Shown: positions 12,088-24,702 of the stretch, in pieces
Layout of the letters: every line of letters begins with the position of its first letter
Numbering within the stretch: the stretch's first letter is position 1
Origin: Scyliorhinus canicula
Lineage: Eukaryota
NCBI RefSeq assembly: GCF_902713615.1
Contig: NC_052154.1
Coordinates: forward strand, 111,172,817-111,236,816
Length of the DNA: 64,000 nt
Direction of reading: 5' to 3'
Translations under genes and position numbers: made by a program
Notes under the pieces: generated by a model
Databases searched by the model: none
What the model was told of the DNA's origin: nothing
Seen by the model: the letters and a program-made list of their open reading frames with translations, nothing else

Positions 12088-12825
12088 GGGCGAAATTCTC
12101 CCAAAGGGAGACAAACAACCGATGCCGGAGTGAAACCCGGAGTGTTTCACTCCGGCGTCGGAGGCCGTTCCTCGCCCCCTATTCTCTCCCCCCCCCCCCC
12201 CCCCCCCCCACCCTGGGGGCTAGGAGCGGTGGCGCGTGAATTCCGCGCTCCGGGCCAAGACGCTTGCTTCAAAGCGGCGCGACCGGAATGACGCGGCCGG
12301 CGGTGCCTAAGTGACATCACCCGCGCATGCGCAGGTTGGCCGGCGCCAACCCACACATGCGCGGTTGCCGTCTTCCCCTCCGCTGCCCCTTAAGACATGG
12401 CGGCTTGATCTTGCAGGGCGACGGAGGGAAAAGAGTGCGTCCTTTAGAGACGCCGGCCCGACGATTGGTGGGCACCGATCGCGGGCCAGACACCTCCTGA
12501 GCACGCCCCTGGTGCTCGATCCTCCCTCCACCCCCCACAGGCGGTTGCGCGATGTTCACGCCAGCAGCGACCAGGTGTGGTTGGCGCCGGCGTGAACCGG
12601 TCGGGTTCGGCAGGCCGCTCGGCCCATTCGGGCCGGAGAATCGCCGGTCGCCGTTAGAAACGGCGAGCGCCGATTCTCCGAGCGGCCTGTTGCAAAGAGC
12701 GACATGCCATTTTGGGGGGGGGGGGGGGTGGGAGAATCACGTGGGGGTGCCAGGGCGGCGTGGCGTGATTCGCCCGACACTCCCACGATTCTCCCACCCG
12801 GCGTGGGGGTCGGAGAACCGCACCC
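12088..12825. mobile_element. CpG-rich MITE (Harbinger/PIF-like), 738 bp
   Basis: Imperfect TIRs gggcgaaattctcc / ggagaaccgcaccc; repeated subterminal gattctcc/ggagaatc motifs; ~18-bp hairpin at 12119-12161; abrupt GC shift relative to flanks; TSD not clean. Confidence 0.75.
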
Positions 12826-13449
12826 AACGTTCCTCTGTACATTATAAACCACATATTGGCTTGGGATTTCCTGTTCTTCAGCCAGAATTCTGCTGCATGT
12901 ATTGTGCAAATGAGGAGCCCAAGGTACTTGCACCAATGTTAGAGCAGCGGAGTGGAAGCAACTCTTGAGAAAATAATCAGCCATTGTTTGTTTGCTTAAA
13001 CTGATGTCCCTGTTCTTCTTCCAAAAGGGAAAACTTACACAGAGATGATTCTCCCCCTCCCGGGAGAGGGGGGAGGTTTAGTGAGCCTCCCAGCGCGAAT
13101 GGACCTTGGTGAAGTAAGCAAGATGTAGGTAAGCTTACACCAGAATTCAATTATTAATGTGGAGTATCTGGACGCTGGTTAAGATTGGCTGGTTGGTGAC
13201 TAGATACTGCAATCGTATTTGCACACTTGAGATTAAATTCATCTTGGGCTGATTTAACAAAAGCCTTTTATCTCATAGCAACAGTAAAATTGACACATTA
13301 ATTTTCAATCCATAAAATTCTGAATAGGTAGAATGAAGTTTTCAGTGATTGAGGGGTCAAGTGTAAAGAGACATATAGCTTTCTTACATTATTCAGTTTG
13401 GATCAAAATTATATTAATTTATTAATTAGTCATTTGGTAGTATAGAACT

Positions 13450-13937
13450 TGAGTATTGCTGAAAAGAGAGGCATCTTTTGTTGAAGCTTTTTGTGTTGCA
13501 CTCATCAGGACTGTTTGTAAACAACAAATTTTTACTGTCTGAGAAGAGAGTGCTGATTGGTTGGCAGTTGGAATCTGATTGAAAGAGGTGATGCCACGGA
13601 AAATGCACCAGTTCATGGTGGCTGACAGTTAGCTGCTAAGCATTGTTTGAAATTTAAATCAGGCAGTTTGGCTCTGATTGATCAAGGCATTGTCTTGAAG
13701 ACTAAACTAGCGAATGGCTGTCACTTTCTTTATGGCTGCAACAAGTGTAATTTGTGTATATGTACTTTCTGGCTGCAAAGAACAGAGCCTTGTGTATTAA
13801 TATATGTAGCTTCCATTACACACAATCAGCACTCTCTTCTCAAACAGTATAAATTTGTTGTTTTCCCTGACTTGATGTTCTTGTGAACTGTTCTGAATGC
13901 ATGATAAAAAGCTTCAACAAAAAATGTCGCTTTTTTT
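13450..13937. mobile_element. Inverted-repeat mini-element, Penelope-like terminus family C with decayed hammerhead cores
   Basis: Left arm 13462-13563 and right arm 13823-13937 are reverse complements; minus strand of 13480-13511 reads GTC CTGATGA GTGCAACAC AAAA AGCT TC AAC. Confidence 0.65.
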
Positions 13938-15818
13938 AATTGAGCTGCTGAGAGAGTTAAATAACTTTTGTTTTGTCAAATTATCAAGGAACAAGTCAGA
14001 ACATAAGTGGCATGTTAAATACTTTATCAGTAACAAATCATAATTTAACATTAAAATTGGTAGACAAATATTTAGTATGCATGCATGTCAAAGTTAACTA
14101 ATAGTTGGGTAATAATGATTTAAGATACAAGTAGCATAGTCTTCGCAGGCATTGCATCACATCACTATAAATCAGTGCTAATGGATGTTTAATATTAATA
14201 ATAGCAATGACGAGGCTATAAACTGGTGTGGTTACTTCAACCTAATTCCTTAAATAGCTGTCAAAATAGCAGCTTTAAATAGCCAGTCAATCAAACAGCT
14301 CAAGTAATCAAGTGTGATTAACAGCATTCAGAGTTTACACAAACCTCACAAACAGTGTGGTTGGATCAATCTTCTTTCTTCCTTGGAAGGCAAGCATTAG
14401 TTTTGAGAATGTTAAATTGAGGAAACCCGTTGTGGCAGGATTAACTGTTCTGCTTGGACTTTCAGTTCCAACTGAACCCACCTCACACAAAAATGATCAT
14501 TGCTCAACTGACTTCGTTCTTGCATTTCTCAATCGCAGATTACCCCTAGCACTACATTTTACTGAATTAAATAAAATTCAGCTTCTAACCTGAACAGTGT
14601 AGTTGTAAGGGTATGCTCTACAGCCTTTTGGCAAATGTCCTTACAGAGGAAATAAAGCCTTCCTTTGATTAACACAGAGGCTGAGACAGAAAAAAAGCAA
14701 ATCTCTACTTTTGGGTGACCTATGTACTATAATGGCTCACCAACTGTCTGGTATAAATTATCTGTAAAATTCAGTATTGCAGGCACATTGGGTCCACTTT
14801 TACAACTCACTTTAAGCCTTAATTTTCATAATTATGAAGAGTAGCGAGTGACCTGTTTATATCTCACAAAATGTTCCTTCCCTGGATCTGACTTTAAGAC
14901 TTAATTGTTTAATAGTCTAGGTCCTAAAGTAACTGTTCGGTTCTGGTCTTAGTTTGGCAGTTGAACACCCGCATTGATATACGGCTATGAGAGTCTCTCC
15001 CCTTCCCCATTGATGCAATAGCGTGACAGCCTCCCCAATTGGAGTATGGGGATGACAGTCATTATTCTCCTCCAATTGATATATGGGCGTAGCGGCAGCT
15101 CTCCTTTCACCCAGCGGTGGAGAGATGTGATTCTTTTTTATCATTCCCTATAGCTTATAACATTGGAACCATAGGGTCCAGATGACACCAATTGAGAAAA
15201 ATCTATGACTTTGCGGGGGGGGAGGAGGATATGAAAAATAAACTACACAGACACAGCAGAGAACAATTGCCTACTTTGTTGCACAATAACATTGGTCTTT
15301 CTTCTTATTCTGATTGTCTTCCAGATATTCCTGAATTTTTTCCAGCTGACATTCATCACTTTTTCGTACTGAAGTTCTTGGATTCTCACATAGGATTTAA
15401 TCAATTTATTTTAACGTGTTGACCTGATGACTTTTGAAACTTAAAAACTGCTGAATGAATTAGCAAACTTTTTAATCACTGGACACCGCCACTATCTCTG
15501 TGCTGGAAATAGAGGACAACTCAGTCGCCAGGAGCAAGAAACAATAATTGTTCACAGAGATGAGGCCTTGAATGGAGAACCAGACTGTAAAGTGCATTCC
15601 AAACAACCTCACCAAGCCATTATTTATTGTATCTTGCTACTGGCCAAGATGTGTTCAATTTATACACTTATCTAAAAGATGGTTTTTTAAATTCCTGTTT
15701 TCCATAACCTTCTTGTTCTGATGGCATGAAAAGTACCTCCTTTTATCCCTTCAACTGTACCTGAAGTAGATTAGTTAATCCCAGAAAGCTCCTACAAGGT
15801 AGAATTATAACATCACCT

Positions 15819-16140
15819 TGGATTGTCAACCTTCCAGGTTTGTTCTGTAGTCTCCTGAATTGGAGATTAATCTCTAATATATACCAGGACAAAAATCAAA
15901 GAGGTTTGAAAGAAACAAATCATTTTCTTTCAACACTTCTCTTTATCTGTTTTAAAACTATGGCAATTGAAATTATCCAGTTGGGTCACAAATAGACAGT
16001 ATGCTTACCGATTGGCTTGGAAAGGCTGACAGCATGAGAATTGACATATTAGACGACCAATAAGGAGTGTTTGGAGGCGCACCAGATGGAGGTTATGTGG
16101 TATAAACCTTCAGGGATGCAAATTCAGAGGTAGCAATCGT
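15819..16140. mobile_element. Old hAT-like MITE remnant
   Basis: Ends ggattgtcaaccttccagg… and …gaggtagcaatcgt resemble decayed (T)AGGGTTGCCAACC-type TIRs. Confidence 0.4.
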
Positions 16141-16946
16141 ACCATTACTGGCCATTCAAATAAGAGATTGCACAACTCCGAGACCTCCTACAACGGTGCG
16201 CACCTTTATAAAATCACTCATCTCCCAATCCAGTCTGTAATCTTGATCTATTCTTGTTCTTCAACCAACACGCCCACAGATTTACTGCTTTTTATGGGAT
16301 CTTGATGACTTCCCCATTTGTCAAGCAAAAACAAACGATCCATTTGCAAATAATTCTTTGGGAGTGATTTTGACTTTGGTCAACAGCATAAAAGAGCCTT
16401 TATTTCTCTTGAAATCACTGAACATGTAAATCGAACATGGAACCTGACAGGCAGGTTATCCAAATACAGCCCAAATCCACAAACCATGGTGTGGAAAGCA
16501 TTGAAAGATATTTCTGAGAGATTGTTCCATTTTTGATGTGATGAACATTATTTGTAGATCTGTCAGAAATATCAAAACCACTGAAAATGTGTGCTGGGTC
16601 ATAATCACATATTACACTGCTGGAATCCCCTGGGGAATGGGGTGGTTTTCTTCTGGCTGTCCCCAAAGATGCAGCAGAGTTCACTCAACTGGACCAGTCA
16701 CATTGAGACCAAGGTGAGGGATTTTTTTTTTTTTTTAATTTTTATTAAGATTTTTACAAAATATAAACATCACAACAATATTAACAAAACAACCGCGGTT
16801 AAAAACCCAAGAACAACACCCACCCAACTTCAAAAGCAACTGCAAACAACAGAAAGAAAAAAAAAACCCCCAAACAACAAAAGAAAAGAGATAACACCCG
16901 CCACATCCCACAAACCCATGTACACAGTTATCCCTCCCACCGAACC

Positions 16947-16979
<33 letters not shown>

Positions 16980-17007
16980 AGGTTGCTGCTGCTGCCGGCC
17001 TATTTCC

Positions 17008-20000
17008 CTACCGTTCCGCCAGGAAGTCCAGGAAAGGTTGCCACCGCCTAAAGAACCCTTGTACTGATCCCCTCAGGGCAAATTTCACCATCTCCAATTT
17101 AATGAACCCCGCCATATCATTGATCCAGGCCTCCACGCTTGGGGGCCTCGCTTCCTTCCATTGGAGCAAGATCCTCCGCCGGGCTACTAGGGACGCGAAG
17201 GCCAGAACACCGGCCTCTTTCGCCTCCTGCACTCCCGGCTCCACTACAACCCCAAAAATTGCGAGTCTCCAGCCTGGCTTGACCCTGGAACCCACCATCC
17301 TCGACACCGTCCTTGCTACCCTTCCAAAACTCCCCCAGCGCTGGGCACGCCCAAAACATATGGATATGGCTCGCTGGGCTCCCCGAGCACCTAGTCGTCC
17401 CAGTCATGTGGGTCCTATGCAGCACCTTGAACCTTGAACGGCTAAGCCTCACACAGGAAGAGGAGGAATTCACTCTCTCCAGGGCATCCGCCCACGTCCC
17501 CTCCTCAATCTCCTCACCCAGCTCCTCTTCCCATTTCCCCTTAAGTTCCTCCACCGAGGCCTCGTCTACCTCCTGCATTACCCGGTATGTGTCCGAAATC
17601 CTCCCTCCTCCAACCCACACCCCCGAGAGCACCCTGTCCCGCACCCCACGTGGGGGCAGCAAGGGGAACCCCTCCACCTGCCGCCTGGCAAACGCCCTCG
17701 CCTGCATGTATCTAAACATGTTCCCCGGGGGGAGCCCAAACTTCCCCTCTAACTGCCCCAAGCTTGTGAACCTCCCCTCCACAAACAGGTCCCTCAACCT
17801 CCTAACCCCTACCCTGTGCCAGCCCAGAAATTCGCCATCAATGCTCCCTGGGACAAACCGATGGTTCCCCCGTATCAGGGCCTCCATCGAGCCCCTCACT
17901 TCTCCCCTATGCCGTCTCCATTGCCCCCAAATTTTGAGGGTAGCCGCCACCACCAGGCTCGTGGTATACCTCGTTGGAGGGAGTGGCAACGGCACCGTTA
18001 CCAGCGCCTCCAGGCTCGTACCCACACAGGGCGCCACCTCCATCCTCTTCCATGCTGCCCCTTTCTCGTCCATTATCCACTTACGCACCATCGCTGCGTT
18101 GGCAGCCCAATAGTACCCACAGAGGTTGGGCAATGCCAGCCCCCCCCATCCCTGCCCCGTTCCAGGAACACCCTTCTCACCCTCGGAATCCCATGCGCCC
18201 ACACAAATCCCGTAATACTCCTGTTGATCCTCCTAAAAAAGGCCTTCGGGATAAGGATGGGGAGGCACTGGAACAGGAACAAAAACCTTGGGAGCACCGT
18301 CATCTTAACGGACTGCACCCTCCCCGCCAGTGACAGCGGTAACATATCCCACCTTTTGAACTCCTCCTCCATCTGCTCCACCAACCTTGTGAGGTTGAGC
18401 TTGTGCAAGGCCCCCCAGCTCCCAGCCACCTGAACTCCTAGGTACCTGAAGCTCTTCCCTGCCTGCTTCAGTGGGAGCCTACCAATCCCCTCCTCCTGAT
18501 CCCCCGAGTGCACCACGAACAACTCGCTCTTGCCCAGATTCAGCTTATACCCAGAGAAGCCCCCGAATTCACTAAGAATCCTCATCACCTCCGGCATCCC
18601 CCCCACCGGGTCCGCCACATACAGCAACAGGTCGTCCGCATAAAGCGACACTCGATGCTCCTCCCCACCCCGCACCAGGCCCCTCCAGTTCCCTGACTCC
18701 CTCAACATCATAGCCAGGGGCTCAATTGCCAATGCAAAGAGCAAGGGGGACAGGGGACACCCCTGTCTCGTCCCCCGGTACAGCCAAAAGTACTCCGACC
18801 TCCTCCTATTCGTGGCTACACTCGCCATCGGGGCCTCATAGAGCAACCTCACCCAATGGATAAACCCCTCCCCAAACCCAAACCTCTCCAACACCTCCCA
18901 CAGATACTCCCACTCAACCCTATCAAAGGCCTTCTCATCTAATGCCACCGCTAACTCCGCCTCCACTTCACAAACCCCGTCTGGTCCTCATGAATGACCC
19001 CCGGCACGCAATCCTCTATTCTAGTGGCTAGGATCTTTGCCAGCAGCTTGGTGTCTACATTTAGCAGCGAGATCGGCCTATATGACCCACACTGCAGAGG
19101 GTCCTTGTCCCGCTTCAGGATCAAGGAAATCAGCGCCCGTGACATAGTTGGGGGAAAAGCCCCCCCCCTCCCTTGCCTCGGTAAGGTCCGGACCAACAGG
19201 GGGCCCAACAGGTCTACATACCTTTTGTAGAATTCCGCCGGAAACCCATCCGGCCCCGGCGCCTTCCCCAACTGCATGCTCCCTATCCCTTTAACCAACT
19301 CCTCCAGCTCGATCGGCGCCCCCAGTCCTGCCACCTGCCCCTCCTCTACCCTCGGAAATCGCAGCTTGTCCAAGAAGCGCCCCATTCCACCCCCCTCCAC
19401 CAGGGGTTCAGACCGGTACAGTTCCCCATAGAAGTCCCTGAAGACCCCATGAACATCTACCCCCCTCCGCACCACCTTCCCAGCTCTATCCCTCACTCCC
19501 CTAATCTCCCTGGCCGCGTCTCGCTTTCGGAGCTGGTGTGCCAGCATCCTGCTCGCCTTCTCCCCATACTCATACACCGCCCCCTGTGCTTTCCCCCACT
19601 GAGCTTCCGCCTTTCTGGTAGTCAGTAGATCGAACCTGGCCTGAAAGCTACGCCTCTCCCCCAGCAATCCCTCCTCCGGAGCCTCCGCATATCTCCTATC
19701 CACCCTCGCCATCTCCCCTATCAATCTCTCCCTCTGCTCCCCCCTCTCCCTATGGGTTCGGATGGAAATCAACTCCCCTCTAGTCACCGCCTTCAATGCC
19801 TCCCGGACCTCCCCGTTGTTGTTTGCCTCAAGGTATCTCTCAATACACCCCCGAACCCTCTCGGCCACCTCCTCATCTGCCAGCAGCCCCACCTCCAAGC
19901 GCCAGAGTGGACGTTGGTCCCTCTCCTCCCCCAGCCCGAGGTCCACCCAGTGCGGGGCATGATCTGAAATGGCAATGGCAGAGTATTCAACACCCTCCAC

Positions 20001-20683
20001 CCTCGAAACCAGCCCCCTGCTCAGTACAAAAAAAATCAATCCTCGAATAGGCTTATGCACATGGGAGAAAAACGAGTACTCCCTGGCCCTTGGCCTTGCA
20101 AACCTCCAGGGATCCACCCCCCTCCCCCCATCTGGTCCATAAAACCCCTCAACACCTTAGCCGCCGCCGGCCTCCTACCCGTCCGGGACTTGGACCGATC
20201 CAATGGGGGATCCAGTACCGTGTTGAAGTCCCCCCCCCCCATGATCAGGCCCCCCACCTCCAGGTCCGGAATGCGGCCCAACATACGGCGCATAAACCCC
20301 GCATCGTCCCAATTTGGGGCGTAAACATTCACCAACACCACCTGCTCCCCCTGCAGCTTGCCACTCACCATCACATACCTCCCGCCACTGTCAGCCACCA
20401 CATTTAACGCCTCAAACGTCACCTTCTTCCCCACCAGGATCGCCACCCCCCGACTTTTCTCATCCAGCCCGGAGTGAAATACTTGGCTCACCCATCCCTT
20501 CCTCAGCCGAACCTGGTCCGCCACTTTCAGGTGTGTCTCTTGGAGCATGGCCACATCCGCCTTCAGCCCCTTCAAGTGCGCAAACACCCGGGCCCGTTTG
20601 ACCGGCCCATTCAGCCCCCTTACATTCCAGGTTATCAGCCGGATCAGAGGGCTCCCTGCCCCCCTCCCCTGCCGATTAGCCAT
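17008..20683 (-). pseudogene. L1 ORF2 (APE endonuclease + reverse transcriptase), frameshifted with small deletions
   Basis: ITWNVRGLN, LQETH, NVYAPN, GGDFN, SDH, KAPGPDG, YRPISLLN, KAFD, RQGCPLSP, YADD, YLG, HMFW.CP motifs spread over five ORF pieces. Confidence 0.95.
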
Positions 20684-21348
20684 AACCCATCCCCTGCCCA
20701 CCACCGGCCAGGGTCCCCCGCTCTGCCAGTTCCCCACGGCAGCAACTCCCCTCCCCCCCCCCCCCCCCTCCCCCTCCAGCACCCCCTACATCCTCCAGCT
20801 CCTTCCTGACCGTTTCAGCAGCAACCCGGTAACCCCCCCCCCCAAGGCTAGGACCCCTCCTAGCCGCGCCCCTCCCTCCATAGCACTTTCGTGAGCCAGC
20901 TAACTTCTGCTGACCCCGGCGACTCCCGCCCTACCTCCGACTCCTCCCCACGTGGGACTACCCCTCCTCCTTCGTGCCCATCAACGGTTCCCCCCCTCCC
21001 CCCCCCGCTCTTGCGCGGGAAAAGAAAACAGCCAGCATCGGCCCGCGCCTCTCAGCCCCGACCCCGCCCCCAACATCTCACAGCGCGGGAAACCCGAGAA
21101 AAGCCCGCGCTTTCGCCCTGCCCAGCCCCGCCTCCTCTAGGGCAACTCCCATTGCCAGTCCCCCCCCACCAGCTCCCCGAACTCCCCGTTTACCCCCCTG
21201 CCCGAACCTGTCCACCAGACCCATACAAAAGACCCATACAAAAAAGACATACCGACATCACCCCACCCACCCTAAGGCCAACCCACATCTTACATTAAAC
21301 AGAGCAAACACAAGTACATTATTATACAACATCCCCCATCTTGGACCC

Positions 21349-22194
21349 TCAGTTTGAGTCCAGTTTCTCGGCCTGCACAAAGGCCCACGCCTCCTCCGGG
21401 GACTCAAAATAATGGTGCCGATCCTTATAGGTGACCCACAGACGCGCCGGCTGCAACATGCCAAACTTCACGCTCCGTCTGTGGAGCACCGCCTTCGTCC
21501 GGTTGAACCCGGCCCTCCGCTTCGCCACCTCCGCACTCCAGTCCTGGAAGATCCGCACCTCCGTGTTCTCCCACTTGCTGCTCCGCTCCTTCTTGGCCCA
21601 CCGGAGCACGCACTCACGATCCACAAACCGGTGAAACCGCACCAACACCGCCCACGGCGGCTCGTTCGGCTTGGGCCTCCTAGCCAGAATTCTGTGGGCC
21701 CCCTCTAACTCCAGGGGCCCCTGGAAGGAACCAGCCTCCATCAGCGAGTTCAACATAACGACCACATAGGCCGCCAGGACCGACCCCTCCAGCCCCTCCG
21801 TGAGGCCCAGGATCCGCAAATTCTTCCACCTCGACCGGTTGTCCAGCTCCTCGAACCGCTCCTGTCACCTTTTATGGAGCGCCTCGTGCATCTCCACCTT
21901 CCCTACGATGGCCACGGCCTCATCCTCCCTTTCGGAGGCCTGCTGCTGCAGCTCCCGGATCGCGGCCCCCTGGGCTGTCTGAGCCTCCATCAGCTCTCTG
22001 GTGGTAACCTTCAACGACTCCAGTAGCTCCACCTTAAGCTCCTGGAAGCAGCGCAGCAGAGTCTCCTGCTGCTCCTGCGCCCACTGCCTCCACTCCTCCG
22101 GGCCTCCGCCGGCCGCCATTTTGTTTTTCTTCCCCCGCTTTTCCAGGGGTGTTTCCACCGTTTTTCTTCTTACCCCACTCCTGGTCCGGACCAT
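21349..22194 (-). pseudogene. L1 ORF1 (coiled coil + RRM/CTD), one frameshift near 21865
   Basis: Coiled-coil N-terminus (MAAGG…ELQQQ), then RILGLTEG, ELEGAHR, RIFQDWS…KRRAGF; typical of L1 ORF1p. Confidence 0.9.
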
Positions 22195-23049
22195 AGGGGT
22201 CGACTCCAGTCCTCTTCCCACATCGGGATTTGCCGACGAAGTTCCGTTGGGGGCCCTGAAAAGAGCCCCAAAGTCCGTTTTTAGCGGGAGCTGCCGAACG
22301 TGCGGCTTAGCTCCGCATTGCCGCCACCGGAAGTCCTCAAGGTGAGGGATTTTACCAGGCATGTTTCAACTGCCTGCCTTTCTCATTGAAATGTGGCATC
22401 ACCCTGTACGTTCAGGTGCCCTATCTCATCTGTTTTATGACTGCACAATATATAGCAGAGCAGTCTGCAAAGCAAGAGAATCTTACTCCCAGCAAACATT
22501 CAGGCATGTACGTGCCACATGTATGAAGTATGCTCTAATTACTCATTACAATGGGCTATTATAATCTACTCAAACAGAATGATTGTTAGCACTGCCTGCA
22601 GGGGATAGTGTATGGCCACTGATCACAATCCCTTCGATTTGCTTTTGAGATGAATGTGTTATTCCGTTACCCACCCCCACAGAATTGATAGCAACCACTG
22701 TACAATGCAGTCTTTTCTGTAATAGAGTCCTTGTTTAACATGCAGTCTGTCTATTACTCCTCGATACCGTATATTAATGCAAATTGCTGAAAGAATAGTG
22801 CTCAGTCGTGTTCTCTGTATGGACAAAGGGATGATTATGTTTAAAAGGTTGCTTCAAGGAGGTCTGCACCACTGGAAAAGGATCAAACCTCACAGGTGTA
22901 AATAAAGATGCTATAGAGTAGCTCTCTGCAGCATTCTATTCAGAACTTGTATGTTTCTTGTTCATATCTGTAATAAAGTTTTTTTAATGATTTAAAGTGT
23001 TAATGCTATTTTATTATAACTAGGAATTGGAGAGCCAGCTCAAGGTCCT

Positions 23050-23129
23050 GCAATGTTAATTCTATATTCTCCTCAGCGATGTTATTTCTATATTCTCCAT
23101 AGCAATGTTAATTCTATATTCTCCTCAGC
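23050..23129 (+). repeat. 26-bp tandem repeat, 3 copies
   Basis: gcaatgttaattctatattctcctca / gcgatgttatttctatattctccata / gcaatgttaattctatattctcctca. Confidence 0.92.
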
Positions 23130-24353
23130 ATTACCCCAGCTAGTTGATAGAAGGTAGGGTATTGACATTTATGAAAATGGATTGAAAATGAGAATAACCA
23201 GAATTTATTGAAAAAAAGCAACAGCTTGTGAACAATGTTCTTCATGATTAATGTGCAGATTAGTGAGCAACTTCTGGCAAGGAAAAGATATCCCATGAAT
23301 TGCAAATCACAAGTTGCTGAACTATATGAGCAGCTCCTCTGTTCACTTTGCAAAAACTGTATCTTGCACTTAACTTACCGTGACTGTCATGAAGTTACTG
23401 CAATTGCACATTAATTGCTCATTAAACTCAGCACAGAAAGTATTTTAATTTTTTAACAACATGACCATTGTTAATGATTGCCAATCAACTTCTCTGGCCC
23501 AGAAATTGAGCAATTCAACATCTTGAGGTTTCAGTCCTTCTTATTTGGAGACACTAAGAATATCAAGTTTTAAAATGTAAATTTTCTTTTCTGTCTCGCT
23601 TTTCTCTCACTCTCAATTCATTTTTATTCCCCTCTCTTTTTTATTTTTGTACCTGATTTAACATTGAACTTGCTCCCTTTAATTTACCCTCTTCAGTGTT
23701 TCCTCTATTTACTTCTTAAATCTTAATGGTTAATATGAGACACCATTGGTCTTATTTACCAAGGTCCCAGATACCTTGTTGCCCTCACCACACTGTTGTA
23801 AGCTCACACTTCCAGCAACTTTGTGGGCAATTCTTTTTGAACTGGAGGGTGCAGGGAATGGTCACACTAAGCCACACAAAAAGATGAGCCCTACTCCAGC
23901 AAATTCTAGTCTTTTTTCTAAATTATATTTCATGAGATGCATCTTTTTGCAGCATAGTGCAAATCAAGTCAAATCAAAAGTGGTGATGGGTACATAGATC
24001 CTGTCACTTAATTTTCACAACTAAACCAGCTTAATTACAGCTTAAAAAGGAGGAAACTGTAATTACAGAGTGAGAGTTTGAAAATGTATTTCTGTCTCAT
24101 TTTAGAGGGCAAACCAATGGGGCACTACTGACTGGCACTCAAATGAATATTTTACCTAGTGCCAGGCATTGAGGGAACTTTACTAAACTTGAAGCAGCCA
24201 GTGGTGCCACAGTCAATTTGGTTACGAGTGTGAATTTTTCACCTGTCTGGCACGTGCTCTCAGTGGGATCGGAAGTGGGCACCAAACTCATCTCCGGCCT
24301 TGATCAGCCCAAGAACACAATTTCACGCTGGTATGCCAAATAATCAGCAGCCA

Positions 24354-24529
24354 TCTTTGTTTTTGTTTTGGGTTGAATATCTGTTTTTTGCCAACGACGG
24401 GCGTTAATTTATTGTTTCTCTTTTGTATTTACGGGGGGGGGGGGGTCTGTTTTTTTTTGTTCGTAGAATTTTCTGTTATTGTTTTCTTTTTTTGAAAATT
24501 TGAATAAAACTTATTTTTAAAAAATAAAT
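24354..24529 (+). mobile_element. Severely 5'-truncated L1-type 3'UTR insertion
   Basis: 16-bp TSD aaataatcagcagcca at 24338-24353 and 24530-24545; G-run, AATAAA and A-rich tail. Confidence 0.85.
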
Positions 24530-24702
24530 AAATAATCAGCAGCCAACATGAAATGTCCACCAGGGAAAGCTCAGCACTACCGGGTAGGTCGAGCACCGAG
24601 AGAAGGCAGAACGTGCTTCTAATAGGCTCCCTCAAGGGGACAGCCACTATGGAGCTGCAGAGCTGAACAAAATTAATTTCGATAGAAAAACACTATCTAG
24701 GC

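Larger units (their letters stand above)
16722..22337 (-). mobile_element. Full-length L1-clade LINE (~5.6 kb, fish-type)
   Basis: TSD caaggtgagggatttt at 16710-16725 and 22338-22353; poly(A) tail (T-run at 16722-16736); 5' end ggacttccggtggcggc; ORF1 and ORF2 present. Confidence 0.97.

Noticed and set aside
17313-18433. Long plus-strand ORFs (266 and 205 aa) antisense to L1 ORF2
   Set aside because: Shadow ORFs of G-rich coding sequence; low complexity and no recognisable domain.
23050-23129. Short repeats as a CRISPR-like array
   Set aside because: Contiguous tandem units without spacers; eukaryotic context.
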